A DNA stretch of 64,000 nt from Eledone cirrhosa (Eukaryota): the NCBI GenBank assembly GCA_964016885.1, contig OZ024740.1, forward strand, positions 399,652,001 through 399,716,000, written 5' to 3'. Shown here piece by piece: positions 1 through 11,379 of the stretch. The notes under the pieces were generated by a model. It saw only the letters and a program-made list of their open reading frames with translations. It was not told the origin of the DNA and did no database searches. Each line of letters begins with the position of its first letter. Position 1 is the first letter of the stretch. Both the position numbers and the translations under genes were made by a program.

Positions 1-903
1 CACGACCACTTTACACTGTGGGCTGGGTGCTTTTTGTTGGGACTCCTACACGACCACTTTACACTCTGGGCTGGGTGCTTTTTGTTATGACTTCTACATG
101 ACCACTTTACAGTGTGGGCTGGGTGCTTTTTGTTGTGACTCCTACACGACCACTTTACAGTGTGGGCTGGGTGCTTTTTTTTGTGACTCCTACACGACTA
201 CTTTACAGTGTGGGATGGGTGCTTTTTGTTGTGACTCCTACACGACCACTTTACACTCTGGGCTGGGTGCTTTTTGTTATGACTTCTACATGACCACTTT
301 ACAGTGTGGACTGGGTGCTTTTTGTTGTGACTCCTACACGACCACTTTACAGTGTGGGCTGGGTGCTTTTTTTTGTGACTCCTACACGACTACTTTACAG
401 TGTGGGATGGGTGCTTTTTGTTGTGACTCCTACACGACCACTTTACACTCTGGGCTGCGTGCTTTTTGTTGGGACTCCTACACGACCACTTTACACTGTG
501 GGCTGGGTGCTTTTTGTTATGACTTCTACACGACCACTTTACAGTGTGGGCTCGGTGCTTTTTGTTGTGACTCCTACACGACCACTTTACACTCTGGGCT
601 GGGTGCTTATTGTTGTGACTCCTACACAACCACTTTACAGTGTGGGCTGGGTGCTTTTTGTTGTGACTCCTAAATGACCACTTTACAGTGGGATGGGTGC
701 TTTTTGTTGTGACTCCTACACGACCATTTTACAGTGTGGGCTGGGTGCTTTTTGTTTTGACTCCTACATGACCACTTTACAGTGGGATGGGTGCTTTTTG
801 TTGCGACTCCTACACGACCACTTTACAGTGTGGGCTGGGTGCTTTTTTTTGTGACTCCTACACGACTACTTTACACTCTGGGCTGGGTGCTTTTTGTTGT
901 GAC
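1..903. repeat. 48-bp minisatellite, about 19 copies, truncated by the window start
   Basis: Unit CACGACCACTTTACAGTGTGGGCTGGGTGCTTTTTGTTGTGACTCCTA starts at 1, 49, 97 and so on. It generates the spurious 16-aa repeat ORF at 98-673. Confidence 0.97.
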
Positions 904-949
904 CCGTGGTAGATATATATAAAAATCAAAGGATGACAAAGAAAACAAA

Positions 950-1210
950 GTAATGTTTTACCCAATATATTTCAATATGATATTTCAGGGCTATACCCTC
1001 TTTTCAAATGTGAAACAGAAACAGTTTAAAACAAAAATGAACAATCAAAGTGTTCTTCCTTAACTGGTCAACATATCTGAAATAAGCATGCGAGGAGTCA
1101 TTGTAGTAGCTGATTTACTTCGTGCATTTCCTATCTATTATTTATCTGTGGTTTTCTTTCTGATGACAATGGCCTCTTTGATTCTTAAATTACCACATTC
1201 CTTTCTGTCA
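950..1210 (-). mobile_element. Possible Penelope-like element relic (GIY-YIG C-terminus and terminal region)
   Basis: The minus strand reads NLRIKEAIVIRK, similar to the R.IKEA..I motif of PLE GIY-YIG domains. It is followed by TGAAAAG-AGGG-TATAG-CCCT-GAAA. Highly degraded. Confidence 0.35.
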
Positions 1211-1479
1211 CCTCTATGGTAACCTCAATGTTGTGACTACAGCATCTGTCAAGATGTTTTTTGACAGAAGAAGCTCGTTGTCATGTTCCACTTGAGCAGC
1301 ATCCGGACATTACTTCCAATGTACGAGAAGCTACATGTTTTACATGTGACGTTGTAGACCACATACGCTCGTGGTTTTTTATTTCTTTAAAACTATGTTT
1401 GACTTACACTTTAATAATTAATATGGTAAAGGTAGTGTGGAATAAGTTTAACATGAGATTGTTTCAATGTCTGAATAAA

Positions 1480-2056
1480 ACTATCATATTTTATCAACCC
1501 CATAAGGATGAAAGACAAATCTAAACTCAACAGGATTTGATCTCAGTACGTAAACTGAGGAACATAACTGTATGTGGCAAAACATGTTGCCCGATGCTTT
1601 AGTAATACTGCCAATCCTCCACCTTTGATACTAACAATAATTGTTTCTGATTTAGGCACAAGGTCAGCAAATTTGAAGGAGGCGAAAGTCGATTAAATTG
1701 ACCCCAGTGCATTACTGGTACATTATTTCATCAATCCCATAAGGATGAAAGACAAACCTGACATAGGAGTGATTTGAACTCAGTATGTAAAGGGACGTAA
1801 CTATATGCCACAGAGCATGTTATCTGATGCTCTGCTGATAATGCCAATCTACCACTCTTAATAATGGTTTCTGATTTAGGCACAAGGCCAACAATTTTGG
1901 AGGAAGGGAAAGTTGATTAAATCAACCCCAATGTGTTGCAGGCACTTTATTTTATCAATCCTGTAAGAATGGAAGGCAAAGCTAACTTCGGTGGGATTTG
2001 AACTCAGAACATAAAGGAACGTAACTGTATGTTGCAAATCATGTTGCCTGATGCTC
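1480..2056 (-). mobile_element. Cluster of about 3 degenerate tRNA-derived SINE copies
   Basis: Repeated AGGCACAAGG..AGCAA / ATAAGGATGAAAG / GATTTGAACTCAG motifs homologous to the young SINE at 2699-2880. Confidence 0.8.
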
Positions 2057-2698
2057 AACTGATACAGTTAAAATTCAGTACAACAAAATTTTTTTCAATT
2101 TGTTTCGGTCGATCTCGTAAAGATTTTTTTTTATACTCCATGAATTTCGTTATAATGGAATTTCCCTGTATTGCCAATCGAGAAAAAAAAATGCCTTCTA
2201 ATAGATGATCAATCACCACAGATGACAATATATCTTCCAAGGAAATAGAGAAACTATTCAAATATAAAGATCTAGAGATAGAAATAACTTGAATAAGGAA
2301 AATGAAAACAGAAACAATACCTATAATAATAGATGCTCTGGGAATGCTAAAAAAACAGACAAATACATAACCAAAACTGTAGGACTTACAAAAGATATTA
2401 CGAAAAGTACTATCAATACAATAGAAACAACATCAGCAAAAACTACACTGCTCATACCCAAGGTGCACAGAGCTGGCATTTATGCAAACTGAATGATTTA
2501 TCCCACTCTGAGATGTGGTATGAGCATAAGCCATAGTTGGCATGCCTATTTGGAATAGCAAGGACCCTCCAATATGTCCAGAATAATATCTGAGGTTGAT
2601 GGTAGTGGCTTGATGCTCATTAGAGCAATTTTTCCAGTTAAATAACATCAATGATTGAGATATCAAATTCACAATAATAATAGTAGTAATAATAATAA

Positions 2699-2880
2699 TA
2701 ATTGTTTCTACTTTAGGCACAAGGCCAGCAATTACCCAGTGCATTACAGGTACTTTATTTTATCGACCCCGTAAGGATGAAAGGCAAAGTCAACCTCGGC
2801 GGGATTTGAACTCAGATCGTAAAGGGACGTAACTATGCTGGAAAGCATGGCGTCCGACCCTCTACCGATACTGCCAATCC
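2699..2880 (-). mobile_element. Young tRNA-derived SINE (~185 bp)
   Basis: A-box-like TGGCAGTATCGG, B-box GAGTTCAAATCC, central GCCTTTCATCCTTACGGGGTCGATAAAAT and (ATT)n tail. Near-identical copies occur elsewhere in the window. Confidence 0.9.
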
Positions 2881-4735
2881 AAATAATAATAATAATAATA
2901 AATAGACTACTTAATAGAAAATTAAATTTTGTTAATCACAAAAACATCAGAACATTTTAAATGAGTTGAATGCGTGACTTTACGTTTTAATTGCTTTAAT
3001 ATAGTTTAGAAAGTGCTTAATATTTCAAGCCTGTTTTTCTAATCTAACTTAGTTTAGAATAGAATCAATTGGAATGTCTGTAAATTCATAACAAAATTAA
3101 CAATGAAATGAACAACTCAAATAAATCAACTACTCGCCTTTAAAATAAATATTATAGGTTTATGAAAAAGTTAAATGGATTGTGAGTTCAGTATTTGCAG
3201 CAGGTATGTTTATATCTCTAGATAGGACACTGAACTTGACATATCTCATTTTAACTGAGTGTGAGGAATAAGTACCAACATTTTAGAATATATTGCCTAT
3301 AAATAGTCTGGTATTCAGCTAAGAAGATTCATAACTCAGCTACTTAATGTTACAGTGTTCACAGCTAAAAAGCAACTTTATCAGCTCAATGTGGCTTATG
3401 GAGGTATTCATTCAATTCTTAGATAAGTCCTTAGCATATGTCCAAAATTCCTCAAAGCACTGGCAGAAATACAAAATATCTGTAGGTTACAGTCTGATGA
3501 ACCAAACCCCTAGTATATTATGAGTACTTATTTTATTAATGTCCAACACTGATAAAATTCGAAACCAATTAAGAGGGATTTGAATTCAGAAATGTGAGAC
3601 ATTAAGCTACATATTGGAATATAATTAAACTAGCAGTGCATACTTGGCACGAGTTTGCTTGCAATCATAATAAAGATTTTTAACAGGCACATGCCTACAT
3701 ATTTTGGGTGGGGTGTTGTTCATTTTAATCCACCTCAGTACTTGGTTGGTATTTATTTCATCAAATCAAATAAAATTTGATCCCTAACTAAATGTAAATG
3801 AATGTAACCAAATACTAGAAGGCATTTTGTCAAGTGCTCTACTGATTTTACCATCTATTGCTCCAACATTACTAATGATAATTTAATTCGCAACTTTCAC
3901 ATACGGCCATAAATTTGTAGATCAAAGGTAAAAATGAACCCTGAAGGGAGAATAAAGATGTCTGTTTCTACATAAAAAGTAATAGTTGTTTTCATTTATA
4001 GAGAGCAGTTGATATAAATAAATTCATGAAAGATGATAACAATTTGTCTGACAATGTGGAACTATGGATCACGTTTTTCTCATAGTTTACCCCTATCCAC
4101 TTAAGTTTACTTTTTATATCCACACTAATATGTATTCAATGATCAATCTTGAGTTAACAACCAAAAAATAAAATAGTTGTTTTTAGTACATAATATAAAG
4201 AATTCTATGAAAAGATTAATTCTAAATAAAACTGCTCTTTGTGGAACACATTCAGTTTACATAATTACAAATAAATATACGTGGATTAACTATGAGCAGC
4301 AAATATGTCAATATGATTTTAAGACTAGCAATATTAAGAAAAAGTGGTAATTAAAAGACAAGTAGTTAGACTGAATTCCTAAAGAAGAACAAAATAATTA
4401 CAAGCTATTAAGTAAAGCAATTTGTTTATATCAACAAATTATGTTTAGCTGCTTTCTGTAAAGGCTTTAGATACTATTATGACATAATATTTCATATTAC
4501 TTTACTTGTTGACATTAGTTATTTTTCACAGCTAGAATAACATTGAAAATTTTTGTTATTATGTATATTAGGTTGTTGCATAAATTCTATCACATTCTGT
4601 GAATTTATCTTTGGTACCCAATGAATTATTATTATATTTAGTTATGCCTGCCTTATAATAACTAGAATCAATTTTATATTAAAAAAAAATCTTAACTTTA
4701 CAGCGAGAGATGAAAACCAGATAGGAAATCTATGT

Positions 4736-4962
4736 TTAACCCTTAAGCATTTAAACCTGCCATATCCGGCCAGAATTCTCTCACATCGTCCTTTTCAAAC
4801 CAGCCGTAACTGGCTGCTCATACTGATGTTGAGGTATTGTTCTCAAAATAAAAAAATATCAAATCTCATAGATTTGATATTATGCGAGATAATTATGTGA
4901 CAAAGCCTTTACCACAAAAATAGAATAGCAAATATAGAGTAATGTAAATATTAAAGAGTTAA
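4736..4962. mobile_element. TTAA-flanked (piggyBac-type) MITE
   Basis: Termini TTAACCCTTAAGCATTT ... AAATATTAAAGAGTTAA; homologous to 33911-34117, 47049-47269 and 49739-49919. Confidence 0.7.
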
Positions 4963-5242
4963 ATACACAAAGAATGCAATGTTAAGGTGCTGGCATAAAG
5001 ATTTTATGGACATTTGTCAAAATCCTACTTGTTTTGAAGGAAGTCATACAACTTCAGTTGCTTTTCTCATTTTAAAATTTGAGTAGTTAACAGCCGGAAG
5101 AGCATCCAGTTGTCAAAACAATTGTCCCAACAATATTAAAAGTACAAACTAAAAAAAACTATTTCTAACATGGAGAAGAACAAAAGTAAATCAATGATAT
5201 ACATATGGATGTATATATCTATAATCAATTTGTTAAACTTAC

Positions 5243-5344
5243 CCGTTCTTTAGCAAGGGAAGGATTTTTTGATAGAAGTTTACTGAGTTCTTGGTAATCA
5301 CATTTTGCTGACAGCATCATCCATTCTCTTTGTTCTGGAGTGAG
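5243..5344 (-). CDS. SOWAH: SOWAH-family exon 6, start of ankyrin region (LTPEQREWMMLSAKCDYQELSKLLSKNPSLAKER)
   Basis: AAACAG acceptor and CGG|GTAAGT donor; 102 nt, phase 0-0. Matches the SOWAH L.P.E.EW...AA......L..LL...P.LA..R motif that precedes DF.SG.TALHW. Confidence 0.88.
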
Positions 5345-5829
5345 CTGTTTAATTAAAGAAGTAGAATTTATAAACCAAAGGAAAACGTTTAATGGACTAA
5401 TGAGTGAAAATGAAGATTAAAACAGAATTAAAACTGCATATAAAAAACAGAAAATTTAAATTTCCAGAAAGTATTACACACACACACACACATTATTATT
5501 ATTACCATTATTATACATAATTAAAATTGTCATGAATAACATCTCACTGAAAATAGATCTTATTCAGAGAAGCGAATATATATAGAGAATATCTTATACA
5601 AAATCACTGAAGGGTTGATCCCATATGGACAAAATGACAGGCCTACAAAGTCACTAGAAACAGCAGTCAATACAGGCCATCCAATCAGTTCACCAATATT
5701 TAGGAGCAGTATTTATTATTATTCATAATCAAAAGAACATTTTACAAGTATCATTCCCTATTTGAAAATCATAGACAGTGTTTATCATTAGAAATATAGT
5801 AATGAAAAAGTTAACAATGGAATGTGGAT

Positions 5830-6869
5830 GACCTCTTGGCCCCCTTTTGTTTGTGTCATGTATTAATGCCAACTTAAAGAATGCCACAATACTGAAATAT
5901 GCAGATGACATCAAGCTGTACCTTGAGATAAAAAGGACAGATCCTGAACACTATAGATCTTGCCTGCAATCTGACCTGTACACAATGCAACAATGTATCA
6001 CGGACTGGCAACTCTAGCTGGCTGTGGACAAGTGTACCACCATGCATTTTGGGAGTAAAAACCCAGCATCCACATACTCTCTCCATAACACTAATATCAA
6101 GAAGTCTTCCTGTGAACGTGACCTGGGCATTACTGTCAGCAGCGATTTGCGTTGGATGAAGCACGTCTCTAAAATTGTCAAGAAGGCCGAGGGTGTCTTA
6201 GCATCACTCAGCAAGACCTTTGTCAGCCGCTCTCCAGCTATCTATAAAAGCTGTATATAGCTATGATATGGCCACACTTAGAATTTGCATCACCAGTCTG
6301 GAACCCCTATCTTACTCAGAACATTGACCACCTGGAAACTGTTCAGAGACGTGCAACCAAGCAAATACCCTCCATCAGGCATCTACCATACTCTGAACAC
6401 TTTGCTTCCCTGGGCATGGATACATTGACGCTCCGACGTCTGGCAACTGACTTGGTAAACACCCACAAAATTATTAACCATCTTGCCAACAACAACCCTG
6501 AGTACCTTTTTGATTTCCATGTGTCTAACACACGTGGGCATGCCAACAAGGTCAGAAAACAGCACAGCTCCCATGATTTTCAGAAACATCTTTTCACGCT
6601 CAGAGTTGCTGAAACATGGAACAAACTACCTGCATCAGTTATCAACTGTCGAGACACTGCATCCTTTAAAACCTCCATGCTTCCTGTGATTCCTCAACAC
6701 TACACCTAATATTCCCCCTCCATGCACACACACACGTATATCATGACTCATACACTATTCACTTCTCTGACATTTGTATATTATTCTATGTACTATACAT
6801 GCACCTTTGATGAATTGTAGTGCACCTGAGCACTGTACACAATAATTTCATTATTATTATTATTATTAT
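5830..6869 (+). mobile_element. 5'-truncated CR1-clade LINE (RT C-terminus and 3' UTR), frameshifted
   Basis: Motifs GPLLF, KYADDIKLY, ERDLGI, HLEFASPVWNPY, LETVQRRATK, NTRGH and RVAETWNKLP; ends in an (ATT)n tail. Confidence 0.92.
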
Positions 6870-6922
6870 AACTAGAATTTTAAACCCAAAACCAACTAAG
6901 AAAAATATTTGAAGTAACTTAC

Positions 6923-6976
6923 TGTGACAAATGTGCCTGAAGAATTCAAGTCGTCATCATCTGCTCCTTCTTTAGT
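6923..6976 (-). CDS. SOWAH: SOWAH-family exon 5 (TKEGADDDDLNSSGTFVT)
   Basis: Long T-rich tract with TTTTAG acceptor and ACA|GTAAGT donor; 54 nt, phase 0-0. Encodes an acidic/Ser segment of the kind that precedes the SOWAH L.P.E.EW motif. Confidence 0.75.
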
Positions 6977-7479
6977 CTAAAAGAGAAAAAAAAAAAATGT
7001 CATATATATTTATATGAGTGATTGTCCCTACTATTTTTGAATATTGGAATTTGTGATACTGTCTTGATCCTGTTTATACCTAACAAAGAAACCAGAAATT
7101 AATTGTAAAGATAAAATAAAAATATAAAAAAATCTCCCTCAATTAATTTGACAGATACCTTAAAAGGTCAGATGCTGGTCTCTGCCTTTTGAGGTAAAAT
7201 CTCACTAAAGTTCACTTTACCTTTCATCTTTTCAGGATTAATAAAGTACCAGCTTAGTGCTGGTACTTTTCTCTTTCTTGCCATCTGTTACATCCTGGAT
7301 GGCCGTTTGTATCAGCTTGTGACTACATGTGCACCTAAAACCCTTAGCGAAAGCATGGTACATACTTGATCGTCAGTGATGGCTATAGTTTATATAATTA
7401 ATGATTTTAGAAGTGGTTGTGAATAAAGATATTTTCTTTCTTTTTATATTTGAAATAGGTGATATTCATTTCAATAAAT

Positions 7480-8925
7480 TGAAGAGTTTAGTGTAAAAGT
7501 TGGTGTTCATCAGGGCTCTGTTCTTAGCCCCCTACTATTTATTATTGCCCTCCAGGCTATAACAGTGGAGTTCAAGACCGGCTGCCCATGGGAACTCCTA
7601 TACGCAGATGATCTAACGCTCATAGCTGAATCAATGGCCGAGCTAGAGAAGAAATTCCAAACATGGAAGCACGGCCTAGAATCAAAAGGCCTTAAAATTA
7701 ACCTGGCTAAGACTAAAGTTCTAGTTTGTAAGAAAGAAAATAAGGCAGCGGTCCCCTCCGGGAAGTGGCCATGCTCAGAGTGTAGGAAAGGCGTAGGTAG
7801 AAACTCCATTTTGTGTCCCAAATGCAAAGTTTGGGTGCATAAAAGATGTAGTGGGATCACAGGTAAGCTAACTAAGAACATAGATTTTACATGTGGCCGG
7901 TGTTCTGGGGCAATAAGTAGCAGCAAGTGCCCAAAAAATACTAGCTCTTTCAACTGCGCAGAGGGTTCTATAGAAATAGTGGACAGCTTCCGTTACCTGG
8001 GTGACAAAATCAGCAGTGGGGGAGGGTGCTCTGAAAGTACAGTAGCTAGAGTCAGAACTGGGTGGAAAAAGTTCAGAGAGCTTATACCACTATTAGCCGC
8101 TAAAGGGTTCTCCCTAAAAATGAAAGGCAGGTTGTACGATGCCTGCATACGAACAGCAATGTTGCATGGCAGTGAGACCTGGGCATTGTGTGCAGAGGAT
8201 ATACGCAGACTAGAGAGAAACGAAGCTTGCATGCTCCGCTGGATGTGTAATAGCAATATACGTGAACGGCAAAGCATAAACGAACTAAGGAAAAAATTAG
8301 AAATAAGAGGGATCAGATGTTGTTTACTCGAGAGAAGGCTACGTTGGTATTGTCACGTGATGCGCATGAAGGACGATAGCTGTATAACAAAGTGCAGGGC
8401 AATAAAGATAGACGGTAGCCACGGAGTAGGCAGACCCAGAAAAACCTGGGACGAGCTGATAAATTCTGGTAAGGCGGGTCTTCTCTATTACTGGCGGTAC
8501 TCAGTAATAGAGAAGACCCGCCTTACCTAAATACAAAGTAAAACCTACTACAGTCAGTAGGCATCTCTAACAAAATACACCCCCGTCTCACCACCCCCAC
8601 CCCATCCACACCGCCCCTTTCAATGTAAAGTTATGTTGGTGCCACAACATCCAGGCCGAAACAAATGAGATCGTGTAGGTGTCACGTCAAAAAAACACAC
8701 AGTCCACGCTGTAATGTGGCCGTGTAGGCAACACGATAAAAACCTCCCAGCCCCACACTGTAAATGTGGTTGGTGTTAGGAAGGGCATCCAGCTGTAGAA
8801 AACCTGCCAGATAGTCCTATGCGAGCAAGATAACCACTCTTACCTCAAGTGGGAAAACCCTCCGTCCAAACCCATGCAAGCGTGGAACAAGGACGTTAAA
8901 CGATGATGATGATGATGATGATGAT
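7480..8925 (+). mobile_element. 5'-truncated RTE-clade LINE, copy A
   Basis: GVHQGSVLSPLLF, LYADDL, FRYLG and GRPRKTW; 3' UTR ending GGACGTTAAAC(GAT)n. Highly similar to copies B-D. Confidence 0.96.
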
Positions 8926-9859
8926 ATTTTGTGTCCATAGACCCCTAGACATGAAAGAAGAATAAGATGATATAGGAGAAATAAGTTTTGAAACCATGGT
9001 GTAAAAACGTTAACTTTTGTAGACAACAGTTTGTTAAATTCCTATTTATCGATTGGCATTGATATGAGAGAGAGCCTTTAGACAGAGTACTTTGGTGAAG
9101 AAATAACAGCTATCCTGCTATGAATGTCACAAACCAATCAACAGCAACTTTCACAAATGAATTCTTTCATTATAATACTGTCTGAAATACCAAGCTCAAT
9201 TCAACTTTGCTTCAATATTATAATGGCCTTTAAAATTAAATAATTATTTTCTGTTTGCACTGTGACAAGGCTCTGTCCATGTATTTTGTTTAGATTTGAA
9301 ACTTATTAGAAGCTTGGTGTGAATAAAAATTGGTAAGTTTAGAAGTCACCAATAACGGAGATATCTTTTTTAAAATTTGAAACAGGTGACATTCAATTCA
9401 GTGTATCAATATTCAGGGATACTGTGCTCCAAAACATGATAAAAAAAAAAGGAATAAAAACAACAGAGAAGAAATAGGGATCTGCTATCTAATAATGGTA
9501 TTTGGCATTATTTCTTGTCAGCCTGAAACAGCTGTATAGAATTTAAGAATTGGTTTTTATCATCTTCATTTAAGTTCATAGTTTCCTGCTTTTCTTATGT
9601 CTTTATACCTACATATATCATTATCATCGTCATCACTGTTTAACAGCCATTTTTCCACAATAACATGGGTTAGAGGAGTTATTCTGTTGTTAGCAATGCC
9701 AGGTCAGGTGACAAAACTGTTGTTAGGCTTCGTTTCTACAGCTGGATACACTTCCTAGTGCCAATGTCATTTACAGTGAATATATATATATATATATACA
9801 TATACCATGGTCTTGGATACATTTTTTCTAAGCAATACTAACTGATGTATTATTATATT

Positions 9860-10095
9860 GTCTCTCTGGTCTCTTACAATGAACTGTATTACAAATACAA
9901 TAAGGAGTTTTGATAGTACTCTTTTGTAACTGTTTGTCCTGGTGCACATTTTGAAGCATAATGCCATATTGGTTGAAGTAAACAATCAGTATCACCTTGA
10001 TTCTGCTTCACCGTAGACATACTATTTTGGGCCTTGGCAATGCTGGATGCTTCCAGTGTGATGACTGAGCTTTGGGTTCTGTATTGTATCCACAC
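9860..10095 (-). mobile_element. Degraded mariner transposase fragment
   Basis: APGQTVTKEYY resembles mariner PGQTVN..YY; preceded by a frameshifted W..Y...QS / K.K segment. Confidence 0.55.
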
Positions 10096-10404
10096 ATACA
10101 GTTAGCAAGATATTCAAAAACTCAGGAGCCTTGTTGAAAGTATAGATCAAAATGAAAATGCAATAATTAACTAGTACAGCATCTCACTCAGTGGTTGCAC
10201 TACAGCAACTGATGCATACATGCAGTTATACATTCATCTCTGTGCTATCTCTGGAGTCTTTGAACAAATAAGAAAAACAAAATATATTACTGTACCCTGA
10301 TTCTCACAGTACTACACATACCACACAACAGTTACTGTATAATATAATGTACAATGTAATTCCAAAATAGATTGAAGTATATTGTATCAAGCTTACTGAA
10401 ACTG

Positions 10405-10850
10405 TGTGTTGTTTGGTCAACTACCTATGTTCAATATTTGAACAACCAGCTGCAATATTGAACTATTTCATTGACTATCTGTGAAATATATAGGCTTGAT
10501 TAACTACCTGTGCAATACAGATCTGTTTGATCAACTACATATGTATCATATAAATAGATCTGTTTAATCAATTACATGTGTTCAATATAGATGTTTGATC
10601 AACTATCTTTACAATATTGATCTATTTGATCATTTACCTGTGATATGTACATCTGTTTGATCAACTGTCTGAGCATGATAGATTTATTTGATCAACTACC
10701 TGTGTTCAGTATAGATTTGTTTTATTGACTACCTGTGAAATATAAATCTGTTTGATAAACCACCAGTGCAATGGAGATTTGTTTCAACAACTACTTGTTC
10801 AATGTAGACTTCTTTGATCAACTATCTGTGTAATGTAGACCTGTCTGATC
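10405..10850. repeat. Degenerate ~31-33 bp minisatellite
   Basis: Recurrent TGTTTGATCAACTACCTGTG(C/TTC)AATATAGATC, about 13 copies. Confidence 0.85.
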
Positions 10851-11286
10851 TCTGGTGATATAAGCAAACCAGAATTCAAACATTCTGAGCCATTCAATCA
10901 ACACTTCAGAGTTAAAAAAATAAAATAAGAATCAGATGTAAAACATTATTAAAACAAAGAAAACAATGCACTAAAATTACACAAACTCACACAAACAAAA
11001 TACAAACAAGCAATCATGTGAAAAGAGTTGAATTATTTTCTTTTTTTATCTCAATAACTGAAATTAGTTTCATTTTTTGTTTTGTTTTCATTTACATTAG
11101 AAAAATCTGATTCCAAGCTCAAGTTTAATTGTTTCAAAGCAGAGAAAATTAAACTTTAAATCAAGAATCCACAAATTAACAGGTGTTCTGAGTTAGCCAA
11201 GATGCTTAAACATAAATCTCTGGCACACATTTCAAAATGGCATCACACAAAGAAATTAAAGAGAGACAAAGTGAGAAAGAGAAAGT

Positions 11287-11334
11287 GAGAGAGAGAGAAG
11301 GAGATAGAGAGAGATGGAGATAGAGAGAGATGGC

Positions 11335-11377
<43 letters not shown>
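11287..11377. repeat. (GA)n microsatellite, compound
   Basis: Direct reading. Similar tracts at 25126-25190, 29808-29846 and 35535-35578. Confidence 0.95.

Positions 11378-11379
<2 letters not shown>

Noticed and set aside
98-677. Cys-rich 191-aa repeat ORF and overlapping ORFs
   Set aside because: They result from a stop-free 48-bp minisatellite. The frame breaks where 46-bp units occur, and the region lies on the antisense strand of a probable intron.
1-903. CRISPR-like array
   Set aside because: The units are contiguous with no unique spacers, there are no cas genes, and the context is eukaryotic.
2699-2880. tRNA gene
   Set aside because: A and B boxes are present but there is no cloverleaf. 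It is multi-copy with a tail and TSDs, so it is a SINE.
4560-4640. Candidate next ankyrin exon (IIHWVPK)
   Set aside because: Poor match to TALHWAAK and no suitable acceptor site.
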